Assembly: GCF_009914755.1 (NCBI RefSeq)
Contig: NC_060937.1
From: the human T2T-CHM13v2.0 reference genome, Homo sapiens
Strand: one strand, 5' to 3'
DNA length: 64,000 nt
Of this stretch, positions 27,425 through 40,500 are shown piece by piece. The notes under the pieces were generated by a model. It saw only the letters and a program-made list of their open reading frames with translations. It was not told the DNA's origin and ran no database searches. How positions within the stretch are numbered: the stretch's first letter is position 1; the number at the start of each line of letters is the position of its first letter. Position numbers and translations under genes: made by a program.

Positions 27425-27999
27425 TCCGTGTTGTTTACCTGGTTAAAACTCAAAAAGGCTTCCCAATGAACTTAGAATGAAGTAGACAGTTGGCACTCTT
27501 TTCTTCTGGGCCCTCTGAGGCTCTTGCCAACTCTTACGAAACCATGTCTCATTACTTTCCCCTCAAGCTACTGAATTCCTCTTGCTCTGGCTGTCTTCCT
27601 CTTTCTAAAACAAATAAAACTTTTCCTTCATCATAATATATTTAAATTTGCTGACTGTTTTGCCTGCTATACTTTCTTCGTATATGTTTTAGCTGGCTTA
27701 GCATTGAGGAATCAGCTAAACTTCCACACCCTCGGAGTAGGCTATGTGTCTGTTCTACCTAAGGAAGTCTTCTTATCACTCTTCCATGAAAGTCAGTCAC
27801 TTTCTACATAGCATATTCCAATATCTGATATTTTCTTTTTTTGCTTGTTGGTTTCCACTAGAGTTGAAAACTCTCCCTATATAGAGACTTGTCTTGGCTT
27901 CTAATGAATCTGGTCCCCAGCAACTAAAAGAAAATGTTTGGCACATATGGACACTTCATAAATATTTATTAAATGCATAAATACATACATGAATGAATA
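27425..27999 (+). mobile_element. L2a 3' portion
   Basis: ggcttcccaatgaacttagaat...tttggcacatatggacacttcataaatatttattaaatgcataaat...gaatgaat. Confidence 0.75.
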
Positions 28000-28344
28000 T
28001 TGTATTGCTGGACTTTAAGCTCCTATTTTGTTTCCTTCATCTGGCCCTGCTTTGCTTGCTGCCTTAAGAGGCTTGCCACCTCCCCTAAGAAAAGATACAT
28101 TTAAAATTGATTGTTTAAGTACCAAGTCACTATCTAAACAGATAAAATTGGTTCACATGGTTATTCTTTTTAAAAATCAGCTACCTAGATCTCTCTCTCT
28201 CTCTTCCTTTGCTTCAGGAATGGATGTGGTCAACAGATTCTCCAAATCTCACTCCGGATTTCCAGAAACGTTTTATGGATTTTTTTCATAAAATTCGAAA
28301 CTTAGATTCAGAAAAAGAAAAACTCATGCAAGTGTCTTCAACTC

Positions 28345-28427
28345 AGCTAGCTTTTCAAACTGAATTTTCTCCAAAACAGGAGTATAGCTAGCTTTTCAAA
28401 CTGAATTTTCTCCAAAACAGGGAGTAT
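28345..28427 (+). repeat. 41/42-bp tandem duplication
   Basis: agctagcttttcaaactgaattttctccaaaacagg(g)agtat twice, differing by one G. Confidence 0.97.
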
Positions 28428-28529
28428 TGAGTGCTTGCTCAGCTATATTTAAATTGGTACTTGGTCTCCCCTTTGTACTTTCATCTAGGTGTGTCTAACT
28501 TCCTTGGCAAGGAATTCCAATGTGAGAAA

Positions 28530-28945
28530 TGTTAAAAGATAAATTTTAGACAAATTACATTTAACAGATTTTATTTGAGCGTTGAACAATTCATGAATCA
28601 GACAACAGCCAGAACCAGAAGAGGTTCAGAGAACACTGCCCAGCAGCATGAGCAGCAAGCTTTTATAGGGTGAGCATGGAAGCAAAGTACAGAAACCACC
28701 TGACTGGCTACATCTATACATCTCCCTTACTTGGGCATGGTGTGATGAGGCATTTGTCTTATTTGGTCATGGTCTGATCAACTGACTGCCTGTGATTGGC
28801 TAAAATTCAGCAGTTTATTACAAAATATACTCTTAAATTAGGGTTTAGTTTGTTTACACACTAAAATAGTTTTCAGTTTGTTATTTAGTAATTCAAAGTA
28901 CAGAGACAGCTTTAGGCTGGCAGCCTCCTTTTAATTAATTTAACA
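28530..28945 (-). mobile_element. MER57/MER93-type ERV1 solo LTR
   Basis: Minus-strand start tgttaaattaattaaaaggaggctgccagcctaaagctgtctc; CCAAT and tataaaag on the minus strand; TSD gaaa/ggaa. Confidence 0.75.
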
Positions 28946-29107
28946 GGAAAAATGGATGGTAGCATAAAAAACTTGCTCTCTTTTCCCTAACACTGATTTT
29001 CCACTACATTCTTATCTAGTGCATTTTTTAATTTCTTCTTTTTTATGCAAATGCAATAGTATAAAAATTGAACATGTGATAGAAGTTGTTAAAAATGTTT
29101 ACTATTT

Positions 29108-29400
29108 GGCCGGGCATGGTGGCTCACGTCTGTAATCCCAGCACTTTGGGAGGCTGAGGCAGGTGGATCATGAGGTCAGGAGATCGAGACCATCCTGGCT
29201 AACATGGTGAAACCCTGTCTCTACTAAAAATACAAACAATTAGCCAGGCATTGTGGCGGGCACCTGTAGTCACAGCTACTCAGGAGGCTGAGGCAGGAGA
29301 ATGGTGTGAACCCAGGAGGTGGAGCTTGCAGTGAGTGGATATTGCACCACTGCATTCCAGCCTGGGCAACAGAGCGAGACTCCATCTCAAATAAAAAAAA
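29108..29400 (+). mobile_element. AluY-type
   Basis: gagatcgagaccatcctggctaac, gaatggtgtgaacc and ggagcttgcagtgag diagnostics; TSD-like aaaaatgtttactat / aaaaagtgtttattat. Confidence 0.95.
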
Positions 29401-30749
29401 GTGTTTATTATCCAAAAAAGATAAAACAATGAAAAAACAGACATGAAATCATGGCAAACAAAGCTATGATAGATGAATGAACTGTATGCCTTTCCTCTAC
29501 AGTTGGCCATTGAATGCTCAGTTTATATGCTGAAGGAAAGTCTGTCCTAGGCCTTTTTGTTTTAATTTTTGTTACATGTATCTTTAAGTCTACTTATTAG
29601 AAAAATGAACCTCATATGGTTTGTATAACTGTGGCTTGTTTTCCCACCCCTTTCCATGGTGTAGTCCCTAATGCTGTATTTGAGTCTCATCTCTCTTTCC
29701 TTCCCATCTCTCTGAAACTTCCATTCTACTGTCTTAATAATAGCCTTGGCTCCATTCCCACTCTTCTTTCAGCTCTGGCTTGTGTCTTGCTTTCCCCCTG
29801 GCTCCAAGCCCTGTTCCCACCATCTTAGCCCTTCCAACTTCAGCTCCTTCAGTAATTTTCACTGCACCCCACCTCTAGCTACAAATTTACATTCTGTTTT
29901 GGCAAACATCCACACTTTCCTGCCCAATCCCAACTGCCTAATATACAGTGCCATTAAAATCTCAGAAATTAATCTTGAATTCTTTCAACTCTTCATAGAT
30001 TTAATTTTTCCAAGTTATGTGTATTACTGGAACTATTCTTAATATCACTTTGACTTCCAAACATGTAGTTCTTTGGGCCACATGACCCATAACCTCAAAA
30101 ACTAAATTCTGTATTTTCTGCCTTCTCTCTTATATTATTATTATTTTTCCTTAAAAAAAGCTCCATTTCTTTTGGCCTGGAGATGTTAAATTAATTCCAA
30201 CATGATACTTTAAAACCTCTCAGCTGTAATGCCTTACCACAATCACAGACAAACCTGAAATCTTCCCAACACATATCTTGTCCAAATAGTAGCTTGTTCC
30301 TTTTTATTTTCAAGTTTCCAAGTCCAGTAACATATTTCTCTTTCCTACAAATTCCATTCCTCTTCTCATAGGCATTGTCTGGAACTGGGTAACATCTTTC
30401 CTGTTATTCCCATGAATTATTTTTATTTGCACTGTTCAGCAAAAGAAGCCACACATATTCATCCTCTGGCTTCACAGAGTGGCTGTGATTTTTTTTCCTG
30501 CTCATTCACTTCTGTGCTGTCAATCTCACATCCCTGACAGGGAGGGCTCAGTTCCACTCACACAGAATTCCATACCAAACCTCTCATGCTTAAAGGTTAC
30601 CAAAGTTCAAAAAATTTTTCATATGAGCCCCCAAAGGAAAAATTAATTCTTTGTGTTAAGGAGTTTGTGATATGCACTGCTGTCCAAAGTATGAGGCCAA
30701 TTCAGGCATCCATCTTGCCTGAACCCAAGGATCTTGCCTGGAGTAGAAG

Positions 30750-31111
30750 CTCTTTCTTACAAAACAAGTGGCAGATTCTGCTGAATACAGCCTCTGGCTG
30801 CAGGGGCAGGTCTGGTCAAACACAGGACAAGCTGCAGGAGCTAGAAAATTACCATGTGGGGAGAGTGATGGGGTGGACTTGGTAGACAGATACCTCAGAT
30901 CTTTCAACTCTTAGGTGGACAAGCACTAAGTTGGCTTCTAAATACATTTCTAAAGGTCCCCAGTGGGACTGGGCCCAGGTTTACCACAGCAGTAAATTTC
31001 TCATGGAGGCACACTGTATTGATTATCTCCCCTTATCTCTCTCATTTCTCCTTTTCTTCATGATTACCACATAAACCATCTGCACTCACATTCATGTCTC
31101 AAAGTGTGTTT
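30750..31111 (+). mobile_element. LTR16-family ERVL LTR
   Basis: gtccccagtgggactgggcccagg...ccacagcagtaa...cataaaccatctgcactcacattcatgtctcaaagtgtgtttctg. Confidence 0.7.
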
Positions 31112-31469
31112 CTGAACTCTAAGAGTAAGACTGCCATTTAATTTCCATCCTCTCCATTATTCTGTAGCATACTTTTACATGCTCATTCAAGTTACCATCG
31201 AAAAGTTGATAAAAAGTCTGAAAAAATCCGGTGAGGTTAGAAACTCATAATTGTACTAGTTACTAAGTAAAGACTACTGTTTTTTTCCTCAGTGTGATGA
31301 CATTACATTTATTATCTTCATCATTATAAATTGTTTACTCATTGATAATTAACTTTATGACCACATTTCTACTCAGCAGTCTTTTTTGTAGGCATTTAGT
31401 TAGCCCATATTTCAATGAGGATTTAGTGCAGATATGAATGTTGTTAATATTGGTTTTCCCAATAAATAG

Positions 31470-31725
31470 GAGCTTTCAGCGCCTAATATGCCCCAGTCAT
31501 CATCGTGAGGGCTTTATGAATATTTACACATTTCATCTTTAAAACAATCCTACGAGACAGGTAGTATCATTAACCTGGTTTTTCAGAAGAGTTCTGAGGC
31601 AAAGATAATAAGTAGCACGGCCAAGGGATGACAGTTAATGAGTGGCAGAGCCAGGAATAGACTCTCCCTTCCCCCGTCACTGCAATCTCTCTTTAGTACC
31701 CATGTACTTAACCATTATGCTGTAT
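31470..31725 (-). mobile_element. MIR
   Basis: aacaatcctacgagacaggtagtatcatta...agtggcagagccagga...cttaaccattatgctgtat. Confidence 0.85.
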
Positions 31726-32299
31726 CAGTTATACATTTTCCAATAAAATAAAACTTAAGTTATCCAGAATAAAAAGTCATCCAATTAAAGAGATTTATTT
31801 TAGCATAATGAGCTACTAACGACAACAAAAAATTCTTAGCTGTCAGATTTTCCTCACCAGTATTGTTTACACTGAAATGCCTGCTATTTAGTCTTTAATT
31901 GGTATACATAAGCAATCCCATTTCTGTATGCATTTACTAATTTCTTTCTTATCACTAATGTTTTATGAGGTTACAAGGAAATATCATATTACACAATACC
32001 CAGCATTTATGTTGAAAAAATATTCCATATTGAACAACTTTGCAACCTCCTTCCTTTAGACATCTGTGACATTGATCTCATTCATTTCAACCCATTCTCC
32101 CTGTAGTACCTGCCCCCAGTGAATCTCCTTGTCAAAATACCCCTGTGGACTCCCGTTTCTTTCTTGGAACTTATGGAAAAATAATATTACAAAAATGAAT
32201 TATTACTTCAAAGAGGTTGATTAAATAATAAAAATGAACACAAAAAGCACAAGAGTAACAATAACAAAACTCTTTAATATTCTACAATTATAATGAGAA

Positions 32300-32450
32300 A
32301 GTTAATATGTGTATATTCTACCATGTGCCACACAATATGCTATGCATTTTATAGATGATATCTTACCCCGCTCTAACAGAATTCCTTTGAATTTGTCAGC
32401 ATTGATTCCATCTGACAGAAAATAAAATTTAAATATCTGAGAACTCTGCC
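32300..32450 (-). mobile_element. MIR fragment
   Basis: ctaccatgtgccacacaatatgctatgcattttatag...attccatctgacagaaaataaaa. Confidence 0.6.
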
Positions 32451-34358
32451 AGAGTATCTACCTCTTTCCATTTAACTACATTGGAACAATCTAACTCATG
32501 GATAACCCATATGTAATGTGAATATAATTCTCAATTTACCAGCTAAATCTACTCAGTCACTTATGGTCAAGCAGTTTTATAAAAGCAAGTAGTTTAACCA
32601 GTTATTTTCACATTTATTCTAGCTCTTTCCCAACACAATATCTTATCTCTGTTATTTACAAACAGAAAAGGAAAGTCTAATACGTATTATTCAACTATAT
32701 GATTATTTGTAAATTCATTCTGATAATAGTTAATAGTTCAAGGAAATGATGCAGCGAGTGGTCAACCAATGAATATCAGCTATAGGAAATGATCATCTAA
32801 GCTTGAAATAGCAAGTGATCAACTGATGTATATTAGCTATAGGAAATGAATTTTGCTTAGCTAATAAGAGAGTATAATCTTATTAAGAATGAATAAGAGG
32901 AGTGGATAATGTTCATAGTCTTGGTAAATTCATCCATGGCAATATGAAATATTTCTAAAAGGTAGTCATCATTTTACTCTTTTTGTATAATAAGTTTACA
33001 GGGTGAGCAGACTTGAAAAATAATATATCATGCCATGCATAGTTACTCCTGAATAGAATTAGAATTCAACATATCTGTAAATTAGTCAGGAAGAAACATA
33101 ATTATATGCAAAGTGAGGAAAGATGCAGGATAGGGTGGAGAGTTATGTTGGAAGAAAAAAATTAAGCATCACAATTGTGTGATGATTATATGCAGATTGG
33201 TACTAAAACCAAAACTGTGAAAATAAAATAGAAAAGTAGTATGAGCAGGCAGTCTAATGTGGTTCCTTGCAAAAAGAAAAGCGTATGTCACAGTCAACTC
33301 AATTATTTTTTGTGGCCTATATTACATTTTGTGCTGAGTCATGTTCCACTGGGGTTTGAAGTCGAATGGCCTTTCACTCTCAAGTTCTCCACTGCATGGC
33401 TGCTTAGATGTAGACGTGACTGTAGGCAGACAGATGAGTTACAAAGTTAAAGCGTGTTTATACACAAAGAATGTTGGCAGGTGGCTTTTTATTCTACTTA
33501 GATGACTCAAGAACTGTTGTGGATGTGTAAAAAAAAGTAAAGGTTTTACTCTGTGCTATAGAATGCTTCTGTATGTATCAAAGTGTAAAGTATGTATCAC
33601 ATTAAACTATATGCTAACATACACTGAAAATATTAAAACACAGTTACAATGTTAGAATATTTTAATTATTTTTATAACTATATCTTTATAGTAGTAATGC
33701 TAATAATGTTATCGAACTTTTATTATATTTGTTTTGTTAAAATACTACGTATGGTTATAAAAACATAGTAAGTATAAATATATGTATATTTCTCAGAAAT
33801 CCTTTAAAAAACAGGTAACTTTTCATGCATTATTATTTTTAAACATTTTAATTATATGCCAAATAAATACATTTTTAACCAACCTTAGCTTCAATAACAT
33901 ATACACTAAAAAATTTGTATATAAAACATTTTGCCATCTGACTTCAAATTAGCAGGTCTGAACTGAGGATAATATTAAAATTGACATTCCAGTTAATCCA
34001 GGAAACAGAGGAGGCCTTAGGTATTGCATCAGGAGTTAGGAGAGTCAGAGTTATAACAAAGAAGATCGTGTGGCTCCTTTGAAGAAAAAGTGAGAATAAG
34101 CAGCAAGATTAAAGCCATAAAAAACTAGAATAATGATTGACTCAATTTTGATGAACTGAAAAGGCTATGGATAACAAGAGTTCCAGAACTTCCTTTTCTA
34201 TGAAGTCCTGTGCCTGCTCATTGAAAAACAATGAATCAGTCTAGACTTGCAAGACGAAATACTTCCCTCAAAGCTGGACATTTATATATTATTTATGTAG
34301 CATATTTCAATATTGATGGTATAGCCTCATATACAGTTGATTGTAAAACCATTCTTTC

Positions 34359-34673
34359 TGTTGGAGTAGGTAGGCAGACATGAACAGGGCAGGAGAAGCC
34401 CACCCACACATACCAGGAATGTCAAGAGAGCATCAGGTGATGGTCAGGCAGCTGTTAAACTGCCTCTCTAACATACTAATTGATTCCAGCTGGTACCGGT
34501 GAAAGGCAGTCTCCCAACAGATAGAAAACACCTGAAGCTGGTGATCAGCAGCTTTAGAAAACACGGGAAGCTGGTGATCAGCAGCTTCCAGATAAGATCT
34601 CAGCACTCTAAGAGACAAGATGGTGGAATTTAACTAGTATATGACCTTTCTTTAGGAATGCTCAACTGGTAAG
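34359..34673 (+). mobile_element. MER50 LTR, 5' part only
   Basis: tgttggagtaggtaggcagacatgaacagggcaggag...catcaggtgatggtcaggc...cacctgaagctggtgatcagcagc; match stops at ctggtaag. Confidence 0.85.
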
Positions 34674-34899
34674 ATTTTACTTACATTTCCAGATACAATT
34701 CATTGTTTTCTCCACTGCGTTCAGTAGAATTTATTAATTATTATCTTAGAAGTATTTTGATTTTGAGTTTCAGCAAATTTATTCATTTGAGGGTTGAAAT
34801 TTAATCCTCTTATTATATTTTTTGTTTAATCTCAATTTCCCTTTCCATCTTTTGTTTCCAAAAGTAGCCACTCTGGTCTGCCCCAGGGTTATTTTTGTT

Positions 34900-35720
34900 G
34901 TTTCCATATGTTCTTGTGTGTAAATGCTGAACTTTTTACATTTATTGAAAATATCTTTTCCCTGTTGTGCTTCCATCTGTATAATTTCTACTAATTTATC
35001 TTCCAGTACAGCTTTCAACTCTATGCATCTAAATTTGTTAAGCTTATCTTTTCAGTTTTTAAAATTAGTTGCTGTATTAAATTCTAGTACATTTATTTCC
35101 AATTTACCCTTATTCCTAGGGTATAGCAATTCAGTGGATCCAACTCAGATCCTAGGTATTTTCCAGTGCTTCTCATCCTTAATGCTCCTTGAATTGCAAT
35201 TATTCTTTTCTTTTCACTTTGATCCTAACAAACTTTGCATTTCTCTTCTCAGCCTCTTAGACAACACTCTCTAAAAAACCTTTTACCTCTAACCTAGTGT
35301 TGATTTGAAATCAGTATATGCCTCAAGGCAAGAAGGAATATAGAATATTGGGTTGACCTTTATATGTCCCTTTTCCTCAGAATTTTAGCATATGAAGTTC
35401 TAAATGCCTTTCTGACCATTTATTCCAGTACTTGTATCCTCTGAGCCCATGAGACTGTTGAAAGCTCACCTTACCTAGTACTTTTTACACACCCCTCTAA
35501 TCACATTAAGTTATTGCTCTGTGTGGCTTACTAGTAGACAGATGACTTCAGGAAGAAAGCAGAATACAAGATAAAGCTCACCTCAAAGTCTTCTTTCTAT
35601 ATCCATTCACTGAGCCCCTCGAATCCTCACCGTCTTTGTAGTCAAACAGCTTTTCTTGTTGTTTTTAGACAAATATGTTGGTCTTTTGTAATCAAATCAT
35701 ATATTCCAGAAGAGAAAGTC
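34900..35720 (-). mobile_element. Very old L1M/HAL1-like 5' region
   Basis: tgtgcttccatctgtataatttctactaatttatcttccagt resembles antisense old-L1 ORF1 sequence. Confidence 0.4.
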
Positions 35721-35849
35721 CTTCATCTCACATAATTTGTCTTCGACCTTTTTAGATGCTGTTCCTACTATCGGGAACACCTTTCGCAAATTATTTACCA
35801 AGTTGAGAGTTTCTAGATATCAAAGTTGATTAAAGTGTTGTTACTTTGT

Positions 35850-36080
35850 AATTTATATGAACCACTTTATATAGATACATATTTCACTACTTTATATGTA
35901 ACTCACTGCTTTATATATAACTCATTTATATATTTCTGTATAACTCATTTTATGTTCAGGATGTTATATATGTGTGTATATTTATATATGTATATATGCA
36001 TTATATGTGTGTATATGTGTAATTCTACATTTATGAAAATACTGTCACATATATAACAAATATATATTATACATATATAG
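35850..36080. repeat. AT-rich (TA/TG)n low-complexity tract
   Basis: Directly visible. Confidence 0.8.
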
Positions 36081-36559
36081 TTTTACTTCGTTTCAATTAT
36101 ATCATGTTGCCTAAAATAAGGTATGCTTTAAAATGATGTCTTCGTATGATTTCAGATAGATTAAAAAGATTATAAAAAAATAGAAATAGATATAGAAATC
36201 AGTCACAACTTTAGAAAAATAAGTGTAACTTTCTGACAAAATTAAATTGATATCTGCTGGAGCCCATTTACCATCAGGGAATATTTTAGGCCTGATAGAT
36301 TGTGTCTTTGACTATTAATATCCCAGTCTGTTGTTCATTAAACATTCCACCTGAACAGATACTTAAGATCACCTGTAGAAAGTAAGAACATTTACTCTAA
36401 AATCTTCAAGACACCTAAGGAGAAGTGACAGCAGGAGCTAACCAGCTTGTAGAAAATTATTCTAATGAGCTTCCAACATGTTGTTTTTTCTTTTAACTTG
36501 AAAAGGGTCTATATTGTATTCAAATATAATCCATATAACAAATTTTATGCTCTTTATGT

Positions 36560-37880
36560 TTTATGCTCATATGTTCTAGTTCTGGGGATGTAACAGTAAG
36601 CAAACTGTAACAGACAAAATAAATCTAATGATTATAGCATCATGGAAGTTAACATGGGTTCAGAAAAGAAGCAAGGAAGGGGGCTAGGAGAGTGTTAGGA
36701 AACGAAATTTCTAAATATGGTGGGGACTCACTGAAAAAGCAACAGTTGCATAAAGACATGAAGGCAAGGGAGTGAGCCAAATAAGTATATGGGGGCGGAG
36801 CTTTATAAGCAGAAGAAAACTAGGAGAAGGCCTGAAGGTGAAATTTGCTCTGATAAGTGCAAGAAAGATACACAGTAAATAATAGGAAAAGTAGTTGGAG
36901 AAGTATTTAAAGAAATAACTGAGAGACAAGAAGAGTTTGACAATGGGGTGAAAGGAGCTTCTGGAGGGCCAGGTAGCCCACTGTAAGATCTTTTACTTTG
37001 AGTGAGATAAGAAGTTGACCACTGACGGATTTGATTAGAGATGTGGCATGATCTTAATGACATATTAGAAGGTTAATTCTGTGTGAAGAGTGAAATCGTT
37101 AAAAAAAAAAAAGGCAAAATTAGGGATACTAGTCACATGGTGGCTCAGGTGAAACATTTTGCCTTGAATTCTGGTCGTGGTCCTGGTGATGACCTTGGCA
37201 GACGTCAAAACCTTAATATATTTTAAATAAAAAGCAGGATTTTCTGATGGAGTACTACATGTGGGTTGTCAGAGAAATAAAGTAATTAAGGGTAATTCAA
37301 ATTTTTTTTAAGTCTAAACAATTGGAATAACAGCTTTTGAACAAAACCTTTAAGGAAGCCAATGTGGGTCAGAAGTCAGAAGTTTCTGTTTAGACATCTT
37401 ACTGTTAAGTTAAACACACAGGTGGAATGTTTTACTAACAAGGTGAATATAAAAATCTGAATTTCAAGGGTGAAATGGTCTTAAACTGTGAATTTAAGAT
37501 CAATTCACAAAGCAATCATATTTAATGACATGAACCTGGAGGAGGTAAATTAAGGGAGTGAATGTAGAAAGAGAAACTGAATTTAGGAGAGCTGAGGAGA
37601 AACAAAAATAGCAGGCAGGAAGAATAAGTGAGGTAAGTGGAGAATAAGAATTAAATAAAGAAAGAATTTAGAGGAAAAAGGAGTAGTGAATCATACCAAA
37701 TGCTGGCACCCAGGCTGTAAGCTGAGGACTGAGAAATTATTAGTTTAATATGAAGTTTGTATGGTTAAAAATGGACTCCACTGATGTGTTTTATAAAGAA
37801 GTATTGTGTTAGAGGTGAGGCCAAAAGATAACATGGCCCAATGTCAAGAGAGAATTAGAAAAAATAGAATAGAAACAGGA
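36560..37880 (-). mobile_element. L2a, long antisense fragment
   Basis: gttctggggatgtaacagtaagcaaa..., gaaggcaagggagtgagcca, ttttactttgagtgagataagaag, gtaagctgaggactgagaa. Confidence 0.8.
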
Positions 37881-37934
37881 ATATGAACTGAATGAACATA
37901 AATGAATCAGCATCTGAAGTGGAATATAGGATCC

Positions 37935-38647
37935 AGCCTTATTGCACGTTAGGTATCCCTGCTGTTGTAACCCTAATATATACATATCTTAGTACAGGTT
38001 TATTTCTCATTTTTCTAAAACCCAAAGGATAATACCTGGTTGTGGCCTTCCTCATAGTCACATAGAGATCTACTCACTTTCACTGAGTGGCTGTGTCCTC
38101 ATTTGGAAACTCTGATCCCAGATGACAGATGGGGAAAGATAGTATGCAGGAGGCATCCTGCTTCTTAATTTTTTTTTTTTCCCCCCGCGAGACCATGTCT
38201 CACTTTGTTGCACAGGCTGGAGTGCAATGGCATAATCATGGCTTACTGCAGCCTTGGCCTCGACCTCCCAGGCTCAATTGATCCTCCTGCCTCAGCCTCC
38301 CAAGTAGCTTGGATTATGGGCATGTGCCACCATGCCCAGCTAATTTATATTTTATATTTTGTAGAGATGGGGATCTTGCTATTTTGCTCAGGTTGGTCTC
38401 AAACTCCTGGGCTCAAGCAATCCTCCTACCTCAGCCTCCTGAAGTGCTGGGGTTACAGGTGTGAGCCACTGCAACCGGCCTTTAAACTTTTATGAAAAAA
38501 ATGGACACATTTCTGTTCACTTTGGTGACAACTAAGCACGTGGTCCCTTATACAACTACAGACACTGGGAAATGCAGTCTGTGTCCCTGGGAAGAGGATG
38601 GAGTGGATTAAGAGATTTGGTGTAGTTCACAGTGTTCTTCTCCATAG
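37935..38647 (-). mobile_element. MLT1J-like MaLR LTR, split by an Alu
   Basis: ggtttatttctca...; acatttctgttcac...cactgggaaatgcagtct. Confidence 0.55.
38169..38480 (-). mobile_element. AluJ
   Basis: PolyT head; gcagccttggcctcgacctcccaggctcaa...cctgggctcaagcaatcctcc. Confidence 0.93.
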
Positions 38648-38699
38648 CAAGAGATGTAATTTGTTTTGTTTTTTATTTTGTAACATTGAATTTATCGTT

Positions 38700-39240
38700 G
38701 ATATTTAAAAATTTTAAAACAATTTTTGATTTACATAAAAATTGGAAAGACAGTAGAGCAATTCCCATATACTCCACATCCAGTTTCCCATGTTAATATC
38801 TTACATCACTATGGTATGTTTGTCACCATTAATGAACAGATATTAATAAATTATTAACTAAAATCTATACTTTATTCAGATGTTGTTAGATTTTGACCTA
38901 AGGACATTTTTCTGTTGCAGCAGATTATATTACATTTAGTTTTTACATCTCCTTGGGGTCCTCTTTGTTGAGCTTTTCAAAGTGCCTTGTTTTTGGTAAC
39001 CTGGGCAGTTTCAAGTCATGATTAAGTGTTTTGTAGAATGTACCTCAACTGGTATTTGTCTGTTGTCTTTCCTCATGATCAGTTTTAAGTTATGAATTGT
39101 GAGAGGAGGACCACAGATAGAAAGCAATATTGTCATCCTATCAGATCAAGAATGCATACTATCCATCTCACCTATCAATGTTGATGTGAATGCTGATCAC
39201 CTGATCGCGAACCTTTATCACCTGGCTGATGGTTTTGTGT
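38700..39240 (-). mobile_element. L1MC/L1MD 3' end
   Basis: gatttacataaaaattggaaagacagtagagcaattcccatatactcc...gttttgtagaatgtacctcaactgg...gatcacctg. Confidence 0.8.
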
Positions 39241-39546
39241 TTAATAGGAACACTAGCATATGTGTAATCCATTTGAGAAAATAGAAGAAAGTGGGAAATG
39301 GAAGATAAAAATGAATTAGGAAAAATGGTATTGATCCAGTCCACATGTGGACATTTTGGCATTTCGAAGAAACCAGGACAGGGCTTTCTTAGTAACTGAA
39401 GAAAAGTCACAATGTGGTGACAGCTTGCTTCCTATTCTCAGAGAAATGAGAAGCAAAGTCAGCCTGGAGTAGTGATAAGATATGTTTGCTGTTTGTGGAG
39501 AAGTGAGAAAGCGTATGCAATTGAGGATAATCCGTTTATTTTAAAA

Positions 39547-39890
39547 AGGTCCCCAGTTTGCCATGATTAGACTTAAAGATTTTTTAATTTTACAGTGATG
39601 TAAAAGCAATGTACATTCAGTAGAAACCATACTTTGAGAACCTATATAACCATTGTTTTTAACTTCAGTGTAGTGTTCAATTAATTACATGGGATATTCA
39701 ACACTTTGATATAAAATAGGCCTTGTTTTAGGTGATTTTGCCCAACTGTAGTAACACAGGTGTTCTGAGTTAAGCTGATCTATAATGTACAATAGACTAG
39801 GTATATTAATGCTATTTTGATTTAAGATATTTTTAATTTAGGATGGTTTTGTTGAGATATAACTCCATTATTAACCCAAGGAGTATATTT
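39547..39890. mobile_element. MER47A (Tigger-derived MITE)
   Basis: cattcagtagaaaccatactttgag...gatattcaacactttgatataaaataggc...gattttgcccaactgtag. Confidence 0.85.
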
Positions 39891-40205
39891 ACTTGTCACA
39901 CATACATATTTATACCTACATGAAAGTGTATATGCAAAACTAAAAGCCAAAGCGAATCACACATGTGTATTCCAAATATTATCAATTAACTCTGTATTGG
40001 TGCCTATGTTCATGAAGAGTATATTTGTGTGTGCATGCATTTTACACAGATTCCACTTGATCATTCGTAAGATCTTTGTTCACATGACTGAAAATCAGTT
40101 GTTTCATGCTGACAATTCATAACTATAGGAGAAAAACCCAAATATATTGAAATAAAGAAAATTCCTACATTAACACACAGATGTTTATTTTCAAGAACCA
40201 GAGAG

Positions 40206-40500
40206 GGCTGGGTGCAGCAGCTCATGTCTGTAATCCTACCATGTAGGGAGGCCAAAGCAGGAGGATTTTTTGAGGCCAGAGATTCGAGACCAGCCTGAGC
40301 TACATTGCAAGACTTCCTCTCTACAAAAAATGTTTTTAAAAATTAGCTGGGTGTGGTGGTGTGCACCTGCCTGTAGTTCCAACTACTCAGGAGGCTGAGG
40401 CAGGATAGTTTGAGCCCAGGAGTTCAAAGCTGCAGTGAGCTATGATTGCACCACTGTACTCTATCCTGGGTGACAGAGTGAGACACTGTCCCCAAAAAAG
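40206..40500 (+). mobile_element. AluJ (Jo/Jr-like)
   Basis: Two monomers; gagcccaggagttcaaagctgcagtgagctatgattg. Confidence 0.93.

Noticed and set aside
28345-28427. Possible CRISPR-like repeats (also 43360-43445 and 63399-63467)
   Set aside because: Adjacent tandem copies without unique spacers, in eukaryotic DNA with no cas genes.
31928-31947. 20-bp exact match to 63430-63449 (atgcatttactaatttcttt)
   Set aside because: Very AT-rich and does not extend; plausibly chance.
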